This document shows positions 1 to 11,230 of a stretch of DNA of 64,000 nt, one piece after another; within the stretch, counting starts at the first letter, position 1, and each line of letters begins with the position of its first letter. This stretch comes from Rhynchopus sp. YZ270_cl-10 (Eukaryota). A model generated the notes under the pieces. The model had not been told where the DNA came from. It ran no database searches and saw nothing but the letters and a program-made list of their open reading frames with translations. Both the position numbers and the translations under genes were made by a program. The stretch is taken from assembly GCA_964035575.1 (NCBI GenBank), contig OZ037840.1, positions 806,001 to 870,000 of the forward strand. The letters are read 5' to 3'.

Positions 1-272
1 CGAACACAAAAAAAATCCCAAACCCACCCCACAGCCTGCTCTAAGGCAACACATTGTAATGCAAGACTATCGTGTCAGTAGCAGCTACTGTTTAGCAAAA
101 AAAAGAGAGGTTGTCAAAAGAAATCTTCCCTCCTTTGGTATGAGGTAACTAGGCACTACGAAGTTTCCAATTTCCACCTTCGTGTTATTGCTTCCGTGGT
201 GTGGCTGAATGGGGGGGTGCAAAAAAAAAAAATCGCCTGGAGCAATTCGGGCATTACCTAGAAGCGTGTAGT

Positions 273-322
273 ATAGTGGTGTTCATCTTCGGGGTATCTA
301 CACTAAAACAACCAAGTTTTCA
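273..322. repeat. Dispersed ~50-bp hairpin repeat (TAGTG...tetraloop...CACTA-ATACAAC); other copies ~3319-3365, 36867-36906, 47201-47246, 47356-47402
   Basis: Five recognisably similar copies, with an outer TAGTG/CACTA stem and an inner 4-bp stem closed by a TTCG, CTCG or CTAG loop. Most are followed by an A-tract. Confidence 0.75.
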
Positions 323-840
323 CAAAAGAGTGCGCAAGCAGTGTGAATTCACCCCCTTCAGCCACCCCAGCAAGGTTGTGTGTGCATCCAGGGCTAGCAG
401 TATGCGCGTCAAGGTCGGAGGTGTGTGCCTGCGTCAATACCAACCATTTATTTCTTTCTTTCTGTGCAGTGCCTGCACCCGCTGTGTACGGTGAGGTGTT
501 TGCACTTTCAACCTCTCTTTTCTCGGCAATGATAGTAGCGAAAATATGTGTGTGAATAGGCATGCTTCTTCTTTTACCGTATACAAAATGTTGGACCGGG
601 GCTTTTTGGGGGTTTTTTTTTGAGTATTGGGAGTTTTTCTGGTCCATTTTTATTACGATCTTTTTGTTTTCTTTTCTATGATTACTTTCCCCTCGGTTTA
701 GCTGTGGAAAAAGTGTGTTTTGCCAAAATGAAGGCAACAGCTTTTTATTTTCTTGTTCACTTACTAAGACGAAAGGTGTACAAAGGAAGTACACGGCTGG
801 TTTTTGGCCATTCAGCATTTCTTTACTGTTGTAGGCCGCA

Positions 841-905
841 GGGTACTTCTGTTTTTATCCGGATGGCTGGCATCGTACGTCAGTCGGAGGTGCCTGCATC
901 AACTA
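841..905. repeat. Dispersed ~65-bp repeat (GGCTGGCATCG...GTCAGTCGGAGGTGCCTGCATC); other copies ~385-440, 25250-25306, 36659-36723
   Basis: Four similar copies seen by eye. Confidence 0.7.
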
Positions 906-1175
906 GTTTCTTTTCCTTCAGATGTGTGTGCGCGAGAGGCGCATTTCATCTTCCAAGTTTTTTCTTTCTTTTCTGTGGATGGTGTGTTCCAAAACAAAAA
1001 GGTACCCCAGGGTACGCTCAGAGTCATTTGGATGATTGTTATTGTTATTTCAATGTAAAATCAAGGTGGCTACTCAAGAGAGTAGCGATAACATACAAAA
1101 AAAAAAACAAATGACTGATGAATAGACCAAAGAATAATCTAATCAGACTAAGCAAATGAGAGGCTTAGGTTCATC

Positions 1176-1322
1176 ATGGTTTGTTGTCAGACTGAGTCAG
1201 ACTGGCTCATCTCGCGCCCCTCTCGCACTCGAGTGCGCGAGAAGTGCGAGATGAGCGTGAGAGGAGTTCCGACCCTCAGCCTTTGGCCCAAAATCCGGAA
1301 AATCAGTCTGACTACAAACCAT
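1176..1322. mobile_element. 147-bp MITE with 8-bp TSD
   Basis: TIR ATGGTTTGTTGTCAGACTGA / TCAGTCTGACTACAAACCAT (1 mismatch). GGTTCATC is duplicated at 1168-1175 and 1323-1330. Internal imperfect palindrome ~1205-1257. Confidence 0.8.
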
Positions 1323-2505
1323 GGTTCATCCGATAGATTAGTCTTTTATGGTACAGTGCATCGTTATTGATGTGGTGTAGCGGTGACGATCGCAACTTAC
1401 CGTGCGTTTTTTTTTTTCTTCTTTTGACTTTCCCCCCGTTTTGGACCACACCAATGAATTGAAAGACCTGAATTCCTTATTTTTTTTTGTGCGAAAACGA
1501 AAACCATCGTTTTTTTTTTTCTCCCCCAAGCGGTTTTATTGCCTATAGCGTACAACCCCACCGGGATTTTTCCTGTTTTTTTCTTCTTCAAAAACCATTT
1601 TTTTGACACAATTTTTTTTTAGAAACCACATTTACTCTATTATTTTCTTCTCGGGCACAAATGTGGGGTTTTTTTTTTTGTTGTGTTTTTTTTTTTCTTT
1701 TGTTCTCTGTGTCGAGTTGTTGCCAACAATCTTGTGACATATCAAGGACTCCTTCCTGCATTGTTTTGCAGGTATGTGGTTGGCTGTGCTGTTCTGAATG
1801 TCTTTGAAGCTCGTTTTCAACCCACGATTCGACTTTGCTTCTGGGGGTTTGTGGAGTAGTTTTTTTTTTTTTCGGGTGATTGTATTTTCTTAAGGTTTTC
1901 TTTGGAAGTGAACGCACTGCGAGGCACATCCACCTTTGGATCCTTCTTTTTGTCAAAAAAAAAAAAAAATGACAACCAACGCACAGCTTTTATTCATCCT
2001 TTCCCTCCCTCCCCTTTTTTTGTCTGGTCCTATTCGTTTTCGTTTTGTCGGAGGAACCCTTCCCGTTTCCTTTATCCATGAGGAAAAAGGGGTCGGAAAC
2101 CTGCCACGTCTTTTGACTTAGCAATGTAAAAAAAAATAATAGAAAACACGAACCAAAATATTTTTTCCCACAGAAAGAACATATTTCCAGACTGCCATAC
2201 AAAATAATAAAAAAACTCACAGAAAAATACACCCCCCTTGGTTAGCCAATGGAGGCTGTGAAATGCAAAGTGATCCGGCCATGGGGTGTGTGGTATGTGT
2301 GTGACGGCGTCTTTGCCGTTTCATGCGATTTTCTTCGAAGTTTTCAAAGAAAAAAGAAAAAAAAGAAAAAAAAGAAAAAAAATGGTGTGGTGGGTGTTGT
2401 CTTTATCTCTCTCGTGCAGTGACGTCGTTACGTATCTACTGCCCAACATAAACTCCTCTCTTCTGCCCCCCTACCCCCACATATTCTTTACTGAATGCCA
2501 AAATC

Positions 2506-3138
2506 CAGGGTGTTTCCTAATTTCGGAACTTTTCCGGAAAATTTCGACATCCGGAAGCAAATTTTTTCCCTGAAGAAACGGTAGGTTTTCAGGCCCAAAA
2601 CACACCGCGAATGGCATTTCCGGAATCCGTCCGCGCTGTGGTGGGGTCAATTTGCCGAAATGGCCAAGTTCTTGGTGTTGGTCAAAATGAGTGTAAGGAA
2701 AAGGGGACCAGGTAAATCCCACAACCCAGATTTTCTCTCCCTGATCCTGAAAACATGAAAATGCCCGAAAACACCGGCATTTGCATTTCCGGAATCCGCC
2801 CGTTCTGTGGTGGGGTCAATTTGACGAAATGGACAAGTCCTTGGTTTTGGTCAAAACCCGTCAGTGTAAGGTAAAGGGGGCCAAGTGTTTGCCTGTAGAA
2901 ACTGGTAGGAACAGGCAGCGCCGCAGGCGCACGGTACCCAACATCGGTGAAAATAAAAATTCCCGAAAACTGCTTTATTTGAATGATTGGAGCGATCCAG
3001 AACAGCGAACATACTTCTTTCGGGAAAATACCAAAACATAAGCACTTTAAATACGTCCCTAATTTTTTCCCGCAAATTTTTTCCCTGGCCAATTTTTTCC
3101 AAATCCCCGGAAGCGGAAGCAAATTAGGAAACACCCTG
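2506..3138. mobile_element. hAT-like non-autonomous DNA transposon (633 bp)
   Basis: Perfect 18-bp TIR CAGGGTGTTTCCTAATTT / AAATTAGGAAACACCCTG. 8-bp TSD CCAAAATC at 2498-2505 and 3139-3146. Internal module duplicated at ~2613-2700 and ~2783-2870. Confidence 0.92.
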
Positions 3139-3148
3139 CCAAAATCTC

Positions 3149-3185
<37 letters not shown>

Positions 3186-3642
3186 CAAAAGATGCGCTTC
3201 TTTGTATACATAAATTCCCTTCTTCCCTCAAACCCCCAATACACAACCAAAGAAATGCAAAACAAAAACAGACGACGGCCGAGCATTGCATAGAGTAACT
3301 CTGGCATCACTTAGAGAAAAGTAGAGTTCATCTTCGGGTGTCTACACTAAAACAACTAAGTTTTCAAAAAAACAAAAAAAAAAATAAAAATATTCACAAC
3401 TCCCTTCGTCATTACACAACCACTACAGCACACACATAACATTCCTTTCTTTGTGTCTCTTTTTCAAACCCCCTTTTTGCTTTTTTTTTAGATTATCCCT
3501 TCAATCTCAGCCCCCCCACAATGCTTGTTTTCTTATTCCTCTGATAAGGAGGGAAAGATTTAAGCAAAACCAATACCGTACAATATTCTCTTCGCTGTTT
3601 TGTACAAAAAAAGAACCGATTTTTTTTTTGTTGAAAAAATAA

Positions 3643-6600
3643 ATGGAGTATCAGAGCCATCCGTTGAAGGCATCGGATTTGCAGCAGAACAATGTAGGGT
3701 ATGAGGACAATGATGCCTCCAGCTCTGCGTCTACGAAGATGACGGTGTTCGTTGAAGAGTGGGGGGACGGTGCACGGAACTGGGTGAGGAGTGTTATTTT
3801 ATTAAATCCGTGGTTCGAACGGTTCTGGCTGTTGATTATTATTGCAAACTGCGTGGTCCTCGCGATGGAAGACCCGACAGACAAGGACTGCGAAACAGAG
3901 CGCTGCAAATTCACGAAAATCGCAGACTACGTCTTCACGAACCTCTTCGTCGTGGAGATGGTCTTGAAGCTCATTGGCTATGGAACCTTTCGCCGGCATG
4001 ATTCGTATCTGCGTGACGTGTGGTGTCTCATAGATGGGTTGATAGTGGTGTCCGGTGTCATCGCCTTCCTGCTTGACGTGATCTTCTCAGCGTCGGGCCC
4101 AGCGTTGACGGGGCTGCGTGCATTCCGTCTGCTGCGTCCGCTCAAGGCGATCCAGTCGTTTCCCGCGGTGCGTATTTTGATTCAGTCCATTCTCGCATCG
4201 TTGCCAAAGCTGGGGGATGTGTTTGTGTTGTACTTCTTCTTCGTGCTTGTGATGGGGATCATCTCGCTGCAGCAGTGGAAGGGCTCGCTCAGTGTGCACT
4301 GTGCAACGGAGGAGTCGTACCAGGCAGCGTTGCTGGAGGACAACGACTCCCTGGTCGAGCTTGCGGAAGATGGGCGTGTGTGCACGAACTCAAGCTACTT
4401 CCACGTAGGTGGGCATCTCTGTGACTTCGGATACGTCTGCGTGCGGCACGGCGGGAACCCTGAGGGCGGGCTGCTCTCCTTCGACAACATCGGGGTGGCG
4501 GCACTGACGCTGTTTGTGGCGCTGACGCTTGAAGGGTGGACCGACGCGATGTACGAGACCATGGACGCGACGACGTACTTTGCTGCCTTTTTCTGGGTGA
4601 TCCTTGTCATCTTTGGCGCCTTTTTCATTCTCAACCTTACTATTGTCATTATTACTGAGGCTTTTGAGATGAAGCAATACGAGCAGAAGACTTCTGCGTT
4701 TCGCGCCATTGACAAGGACGGCGGGGGCGAACTGGACAAGGAAGAGGTGCGCCGCCTGCTGAAGAAGCTTAATGGACAGGATCCCTCTGAGGAGGAGCTG
4801 GACAAGGTCTTTACGGAGATGGACACTGACGGGGGTGGCACGGTGTCGTTGGAGGAGTTCCTTGAATACGCAGAGAAGCACGCAGCCACTGTGGGCGCCG
4901 CACTCACCAAAGGGAGACCTGGCGCAACAGGCATGATGACATCCGTCAAGCAAGTAGCATCGAAGCTCCCCCTCCTCGGGAACGTGAAAGGCGCCGTGGA
5001 GCGTGCCACAGAAGACCTAGGGGAAAGGGAGGAGAAGCGTGCACCCTGGCGTGACCGGATTTACCAAGTGGTGGAGCCCACAGGGTTGGAGACAACAATG
5101 CCCGTGGCAAACAGGCTCTTCGACAGAACAGTGATGGTGGTCATCATCCTCAACACCATCGCCCTCGCAATCGAGCACCACGGCCAGCCTGATGAGATGA
5201 CCACTGTGCTTGAGGTCTTCAACTACATCTTCACAATATTCTTTGCCCTCGAAGCCGCTATAAAGATCATAGGTTTGGGCATCATGGGGTATGTTCGTGA
5301 TAAGTTCAATATCTTCGACTTCATCGTGTCCCTGCTCTCGGTGGTGGGTCTCTTTGGCGTTGTCGGGAATGTGTCGGTGTTCCGCACGTTCCGTGCCCTG
5401 CGTGTGCTGCGCCTGGCGAAGCAGGTGCCACTCCTGCAGCGCTGGATCGGGATTCTGCTGAACTCAATGAAAGGTGCTGCGGTGCTGACGTCGCTGCTGA
5501 TGCTTGTGGTCTTTATTGTGGCACTGCTCGGGATGCAGCTGTTTGGGGGGAACTTCTGCCACCTTGACGAGGACTTTGATGCAAACGCCGCAGGGCTGAC
5601 GGATGCAGAACGCGGGACGGGACGTGGCTGTGGTGGTGTACCACGCTCCAACTACGACGACTTGGCGAGCGCGCTGATGACAACATTCCAGATCCTGACT
5701 GGCGAGGACTGGAACAAGATCATGTACAACGGGATGCGTGCTGCGGGGGACTGGGTGTCTGTGTACTACGTGCTGTACTACATGCTGGGGAACTACATGA
5801 TGCTGAACCTCTTCATTGCTGTGCTTCTCAACAGCAGGGAGATGACCGACTCCTCTTCCTCCATCACCGAGGCGCCTGGCGACGACGACCCCCTCGACAT
5901 GCCTGCGAGCCCTGCCACAGCGAGCCCTGCCACCCTCAGCAAGGCCATCTCCGATGACCCTGCCTCACCCAAGGTGGAGTGGCAGAAGCTGTGTGACGAC
6001 ACGAATACGGATCACAACGAGGCAGCCAGCCCCGTCGCTGATGCCGCAGTCGTCCTAGGGCGCAGAAACATGGGATACCAGGACGCCATCGACCGCAAGG
6101 AAGGCCCCAAGCGTCGCCTCCCTGACTGGCTCAACGAGCTTGTCGAGTCCGAGCGCTCCCTCCTAGTCTTCAGCAAGGACAACGTCATCCGCCAGAAGAT
6201 GCTCTGGATCATCAGCACCACAGCCTTCGAAGCAGTCGTGCTGCTCTGCATCCTCGTCTCCACAGTCACCCTTGCCCTCGAGAACCCGGTCCGCCCACCA
6301 GACCACCCACAGGAGCTCCTCCTGGCACAGGTCAACTTCGTCATGGTCTGGGTCTTCCTCACAGAATGCTTCTTTAAGGTAGTCGGGATGGGGTTTGTTT
6401 TGCACAAAACAAGTTATCTGCGTTCAGAAGGGTGGAACATTCTTGACTTTGTGATCGTGTGTGTCAGCCTTCTGTCGTTGGTGATCCCAGGAGGCAACTC
6501 GCTTGAGTTCATCAAGATCATGCGCACGCTGCGTCCCCTGCGCTTCATCAACAAGTCTGAGGGGATGAAGGTCGTTGTCCAGGCGTTGGTGAAGAGTATT

Positions 6601-9498
6601 ACGCCGTTGCTGAACGTGATGTTGATCTCGCTGCTGGTGTGGGTGATCTTTGGCATCATGGGTGTGCAGCTTTTTGCGGGGAAGTTCCACCGCTGTTCGC
6701 TCAACGAGTATGGCGACATGGATGCGATCACCTTCCGCGTGGACTGCCTCGACATCGACAAATGTTCCGGCGACGACGGCGAGCCCTGCAGGTGGCTGAA
6801 CTACGTCTCACACTTCGACCACCTGCCTGCAGCGTTCCTGAACCTCTTTGAGGTGGCGTCGCTTGAAGGGTGGGTCGACGTGATGAACCTTGGGATTGAC
6901 TCCGTTTCGTACGACGAGGCGCCGAGACGGAACAACAACCGGTGGATGGCGCTGTACTTTTTGATTTTTGTTGTGTTTGGCGCCTTTTTCATTATCAACA
7001 TGTTTATTGGCGTGCTTATTGACACATACTACCAGGAAAAGGAAAAGGCTTCCAGCACGGGTGGAATATTTCTGAATGATCGGCAGAAGCTGTGGGTCAC
7101 ACATCATACTAAGATGCTCAACATTATGTCAGCCACGAATCGCGAGGCGGTGACGAGACGCCAGCCACGTGACAGCTTTCTTTTCAAACTGATGACCTCT
7201 TCTGCCTGCGACGTATTCATCACGGGGTGCATCATCCTCAACGTCCTGCTCATGGCCACAGAGCACTATCCTGGGGGAGTCTGGCTGGACGTTCTGCACA
7301 TCATTAACTTAATCTTCTACGGTATATTCTTGCTGGAAGCAATTCTGAAGAATCTTGCATTAGGACCAACAGAGTACTTCAAGGATATGTGGAATAGGTT
7401 CGATATGTTCATCGTGTGCCTGTCCACGGTGGGCGTAATAATGGAGTTAGTGTTGACAGCAAGCCCCGCAGTAAGTATTTTCCGGATTCTGCGTCTGGCC
7501 CGCCTGCTGCGCATGGTGAAGAAGGCAAAGGGCATCAAACGCATCCTGCGCACGCTGCTGCTCTCCCTCCCCTCAATGATGAACGTGGCGGGGATCCTCT
7601 TCCTCATGTTCTTCGTCTACGCGGTGCTCGGTGTGAAGCTCTTCGCAAAGCTGCGGCGTGGCGGGCCCGACGATGCGATGGGGCGGTACGCAAACTTCGA
7701 GAACTTTGGGTTCTCCCTTTTGCTTCTCCTCCGCATGACGACAGGCGAGGCGTGGCAGTCCGTTCTCAAGGAGGCCTCTGTGGAGCCGCCGCACGCATGC
7801 TCCGAGCACCTCGGGAACTGCGGGCATCCCTTCATCGCGGTGGTCTACTTCTGCTCCTTCACGCTTGCGGGGATGTACGTTCTTCTCAACCTTTTCATTG
7901 CTGTTATCTTGGACGCCTTTTCACAGTCCAACGAGGAAGGCGTTTGCACAGACGAATACATGGAGCGCATCAAATACTGCTGGGACGATGTCAGGGAAGA
8001 CGACGCCGACGGCGTCGACCCTAGGAACCTTTACAGCTTTTTAACCGCTATCGGACCACCCTTGGGGATGGAAGTGGACTCTTTAGAATCTGATCTGGAA
8101 GCCTTCATTGCACCTATGGACCTCGAAGTGTGCCCAGAGACGGGCCTCATCTTGCAGGTAGAGTTGATCCCAAAGCTCTTCAAGATGCGCTATGGCCAGT
8201 CCCTCCCTGACGACCTGCAGGAGCACCTCACCGCCAAAGAACGTGAGCACATCACCCTAGGCCGCCAGGTGACCGGAGTGTCGCTGAAGCAGCAGCACTC
8301 TAATGTGGAGTTGAGTGTCCTCCCTTCGTACGACGCTGCCTTGTTGGGGGGGCCGAACACAGACGGTGAGCAGAAGACACATAGACCCAGGAGGTTGACA
8401 GTCACGCTGCCTGACGAAGAAGAAAGCACCTTCCCCGGCACGCCGTTGGGGGTAAAGGAAAGCAGCGCAAATGGGGGGACGACCTACACGGCCCCCTCGC
8501 TGCTGCTCTCTTCCGCTTCCACTGCGTTGCTGGAGGCTCCTGTGCAGACCGCTCCACGACGTGACCCTCATCGCACACCACACCCATGGGTCTCTCAAGG
8601 GGTCTGGCCAGATGGCGGCATAGACAGGAGGAATGTTACCTTACATAAGCCCCCTCTGTTAGGCGCGTCATTAGGGTTCAAGGTAAACCCAGATACTGCT
8701 AGGGTGACTACGGTTGAAGAAGGGTCTGTCGCTGATGCGTCGGGGATCACTCCGGGAATGCGGTTGACCGGGGTCGATGGGGAGGTGGTGACGGCAGGGA
8801 ATATTGAGGCTGCGACGAAGGATATACGGTATGCAAAAAGCGCGGTGAATCTGGAGTTGGAGACGCCGGACCCTACTGATATGTTGATGGAGCGGTATGC
8901 GGGTCCAAACAAATGCCTGAACTTTTTGCAGCTAAGCGGAATGTGCACCGCCCTCGGTGTCAGCGGACCGAACAATTTAAAAACCTTCGAAGCAGTGTGC
9001 GCAGCAAAGGGTCTCAACCCGAGACAAGGTTTTGGATGGTCCGACACACACGAAATGATGTCCGCGCTCCCATACGAAGGCAGACGGCGTGTACTCCTCT
9101 CCCTAGGGCTGCTCCCTGAAGAGAGGGGGTTGGGCATGGCCAGCTCTGCGTCTCCACACCACAGCCAGGTGGTGCAGGAACACTGGGAGGAGGTGTATGA
9201 GTTGAAGTCGCTGTCCCCTGTGCAGCCGCTCCTGCGGCAGCAGCAGCAGCAGCATCCGTTGACGCACCCACTGCTGGCGCCTGCGGGGTCAGGTGCGGAA
9301 GGTCTGCCACACCATCGTCTCAGCCACAATGCATTAACAGCGAACAACAGACTGCTCGGCAAGTTTGAGCATGCTTTTATGGAGGTGCGGGATGGAGCAG
9401 GAGGAGGAGTGCACCACCACCATCACCACAACCACAACCCACACGGTGGATTTGCGGGTCCTGGCGATTATCTGTCTCGCTCATATGTCCCGTTGTGA
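3643..9498 (+). CDS. Four-domain voltage-gated Ca2+-type (Cav/Nav family) channel alpha subunit with an EF-hand pair in the I-II loop and a C-terminal PDZ-like domain
   Basis: 1951-aa intronless ORF with four S4 helices (e.g. LRAFRLLRPLK, FRTFRALRVLRLAK). Pore loops TLEGW/TGEDW/SLEGW/TGEAW give an EEEE filter. EF-hands DKDGGGELDKEE and DTDGGGTVSLEE. PDZ-like segment LGFKV...VEEGSVADASGITPGMRLTGVDG. Confidence 0.96.
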   Translation: MEYQSHPLKASDLQQNNVGYEDNDASSSASTKMTVFVEEWGDGARNWVRSVILLNPWFERFWLLIIIANCVVLAMEDPTDKDCETERCKFTKIADYVFTNLFVVEMVLKLIGYGTFRRHDSYLRDVWCLIDGLIVVSGVIAFLLDVIFSASGPALTGLRAFRLLRPLKAIQSFPAVRILIQSILASLPKLGDVFVLYFFFVLVMGIISLQQWKGSLSVHCATEESYQAALLEDNDSLVELAEDGRVCTNSSYFHVGGHLCDFGYVCVRHGGNPEGGLLSFDNIGVAALTLFVALTLEGWTDAMYETMDATTYFAAFFWVILVIFGAFFILNLTIVIITEAFEMKQYEQKTSAFRAIDKDGGGELDKEEVRRLLKKLNGQDPSEEELDKVFTEMDTDGGGTVSLEEFLEYAEKHAATVGAALTKGRPGATGMMTSVKQVASKLPLLGNVKGAVERATEDLGEREEKRAPWRDRIYQVVEPTGLETTMPVANRLFDRTVMVVIILNTIALAIEHHGQPDEMTTVLEVFNYIFTIFFALEAAIKIIGLGIMGYVRDKFNIFDFIVSLLSVVGLFGVVGNVSVFRTFRALRVLRLAKQVPLLQRWIGILLNSMKGAAVLTSLLMLVVFIVALLGMQLFGGNFCHLDEDFDANAAGLTDAERGTGRGCGGVPRSNYDDLASALMTTFQILTGEDWNKIMYNGMRAAGDWVSVYYVLYYMLGNYMMLNLFIAVLLNSREMTDSSSSITEAPGDDDPLDMPASPATASPATLSKAISDDPASPKVEWQKLCDDTNTDHNEAASPVADAAVVLGRRNMGYQDAIDRKEGPKRRLPDWLNELVESERSLLVFSKDNVIRQKMLWIISTTAFEAVVLLCILVSTVTLALENPVRPPDHPQELLLAQVNFVMVWVFLTECFFKVVGMGFVLHKTSYLRSEGWNILDFVIVCVSLLSLVIPGGNSLEFIKIMRTLRPLRFINKSEGMKVVVQALVKSITPLLNVMLISLLVWVIFGIMGVQLFAGKFHRCSLNEYGDMDAITFRVDCLDIDKCSGDDGEPCRWLNYVSHFDHLPAAFLNLFEVASLEGWVDVMNLGIDSVSYDEAPRRNNNRWMALYFLIFVVFGAFFIINMFIGVLIDTYYQEKEKASSTGGIFLNDRQKLWVTHHTKMLNIMSATNREAVTRRQPRDSFLFKLMTSSACDVFITGCIILNVLLMATEHYPGGVWLDVLHIINLIFYGIFLLEAILKNLALGPTEYFKDMWNRFDMFIVCLSTVGVIMELVLTASPAVSIFRILRLARLLRMVKKAKGIKRILRTLLLSLPSMMNVAGILFLMFFVYAVLGVKLFAKLRRGGPDDAMGRYANFENFGFSLLLLLRMTTGEAWQSVLKEASVEPPHACSEHLGNCGHPFIAVVYFCSFTLAGMYVLLNLFIAVILDAFSQSNEEGVCTDEYMERIKYCWDDVREDDADGVDPRNLYSFLTAIGPPLGMEVDSLESDLEAFIAPMDLEVCPETGLILQVELIPKLFKMRYGQSLPDDLQEHLTAKEREHITLGRQVTGVSLKQQHSNVELSVLPSYDAALLGGPNTDGEQKTHRPRRLTVTLPDEEESTFPGTPLGVKESSANGGTTYTAPSLLLSSASTALLEAPVQTAPRRDPHRTPHPWVSQGVWPDGGIDRRNVTLHKPPLLGASLGFKVNPDTARVTTVEEGSVADASGITPGMRLTGVDGEVVTAGNIEAATKDIRYAKSAVNLELETPDPTDMLMERYAGPNKCLNFLQLSGMCTALGVSGPNNLKTFEAVCAAKGLNPRQGFGWSDTHEMMSALPYEGRRRVLLSLGLLPEERGLGMASSASPHHSQVVQEHWEEVYELKSLSPVQPLLRQQQQQHPLTHPLLAPAGSGAEGLPHHRLSHNALTANNRLLGKFEHAFMEVRDGAGGGVHHHHHHNHNPHGGFAGPGDYLSRSYVPL

Positions 9499-9916
9499 GT
9501 GTGAAGGGAGGGGGGCAGCCCGGAGAGGGGGGCTAGAGAGCGTGAAAAGGCGATGGGGTAGGTGGACACAGCGTAGTCAAAGGCAAGCTCGAATTGATGT
9601 TATTTTTGTTTTTTTTTTTTTTTTTTTGTGCTGGATGGGGGAAAGGGAATATTTCACAAATTAGGGTTGTAAATGAATGTATTGGGTGGGGGTGGGTGTG
9701 GGGGGGGAGGGTATGGGGCCTTTCGTGTGTTGTTGTGTCATTTTTTTTGGTTCAATCTTGATTGGGATTCCGTGTCATGTCCCCCTTTTATTAGGTGTTC
9801 GTGTCCGCGAGACACTTATTCACAATCTCTATTCGTATTTCAAATCAACTTTATTATTGTGTCGGCGTATGTGAACAAAAGGCGTTTTCACAAATTTTCA
9901 ACTTTTTTTTTCCCCC

Positions 9917-10067
9917 AGATGTTTACCTCGAAAAATGGATGTACAGCTGCATTGGTTTGGGGGGTCCACCCCACGGTGCACCAGTCATGCCAAGGTACAC
10001 TGTCACACAAGAGGGCTGTTGTATTTCAAGTCAACTTTTTGTAGGTGACTCAGCACATAAAGCTTAA
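9917..10067. repeat. Dispersed ~150-200-bp repeat family ending in the GACTAAGC..GCTTAGGTTCATC hairpin; other copies ~13534-13715, 28280-28410, 45440-45620
   Basis: Shared GTACCAAGGTRCACTGTTCACGAGAGGG..GTATTTCAAGTCAA core in four places. Confidence 0.75.
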
Positions 10068-11230
10068 CCCTTTGGGAACTAACCGCCACTGTGGTGGCGG
10101 TTATAACAATTTTTCTTAGGAAGACGAGTTAGACATGATCTACTCAATATTTTCGACCAACTCTTGGCATGGTGGAAAGATTTTATGGCCCATCTTTCCA
10201 AAGAAGCAAGAATAGAAGATTTTGTAAAAAATGCATTCGTGTCAGATGGTGGCGCCCCCAAGCCAATTTTCGAAGAAATCAGAAAAAGTGGGTTTTTTAA
10301 AATTTTTCCGTTTTAGTGCTCCCACGTGAGTAAGATATCTTTAAAATGGTATTTTTCAAAAACTCGGGGTGTCGTGAAAAGATTTCTTGCAAATCTATCC
10401 AATAACGCCATTTTCGGGGGGGAAAAAATAGGTGTGGTATGCAGAAAGCGGAATAAGCAGTTTTTGACAGATCTGTCACAGGCTTTAAATCACCACTCGT
10501 CAAAAAATAAATAAATTTTTTTTTCTGGAACTGATCTCGCATTGCTTTGCATTCCGGCAGTTTCGCGCATTTAACGACGCCAAAAGTTTTCAAAAATGGC
10601 CAATCTGAAGTCAATTTACTCACTTTCCCCCCTAACATACCCTACTTTTTTTCCACTTTTCCCTAGTAAAAGTGCCATTTTTAGACATGTTGCCTGAGGC
10701 CTCAAAATATGGAAAATTCACCCATACCCCGCCCCAAAAATGCCCGGAAATGCGTTTCCGGGCCGAAATTTAGGAAAATATGAAAAAATTGACCCAAAAA
10801 ATGCACTTTTAATTGTTGTCACACCCCGCTTTACCACCTTTTCAGGTGACCCAGGCTCTCCAGTATCTAATAAATTTCCAGGATGCCAAAACTGAAAATT
10901 TTTTGCTTCTTTGGATTTATTTGATGAAAAATCTTTCAATTCCGCCCCTCGACTTTGGTTTTTATGCATGTGGGACCATATTACCCACGTTCTCGGGTGG
11001 CGCTCTGTGAGGACCCCTTTTAAGTATGACACCAGGCTCTCCAGTATCCAATAAATTTCCAGGATGCCAAAAATGATAATTTCTTGCTTCTTTGGATTTA
11101 TTTGATAAAAAATCTTTCAATTCCGCCCCTCGAGTTTTGTTTTTATGCATGTGGGACCATATTACCTACCTTCCTCTGTGGGGACCCCAATTTTGGGTGT
11201 TTAATTCAGCCACCCTTCGGTCCCAAAGGG
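10068..11230. mobile_element. piggyBac-like non-autonomous element (1163 bp)
   Basis: TTAA at 10064-10067 and 11231-11234. TIR CCCTTTGGGA / TCCCAAAGGG. Internal ~180-bp tandem duplication (~10848-11000 / ~11029-11180). No transposase ORF. Confidence 0.92.
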
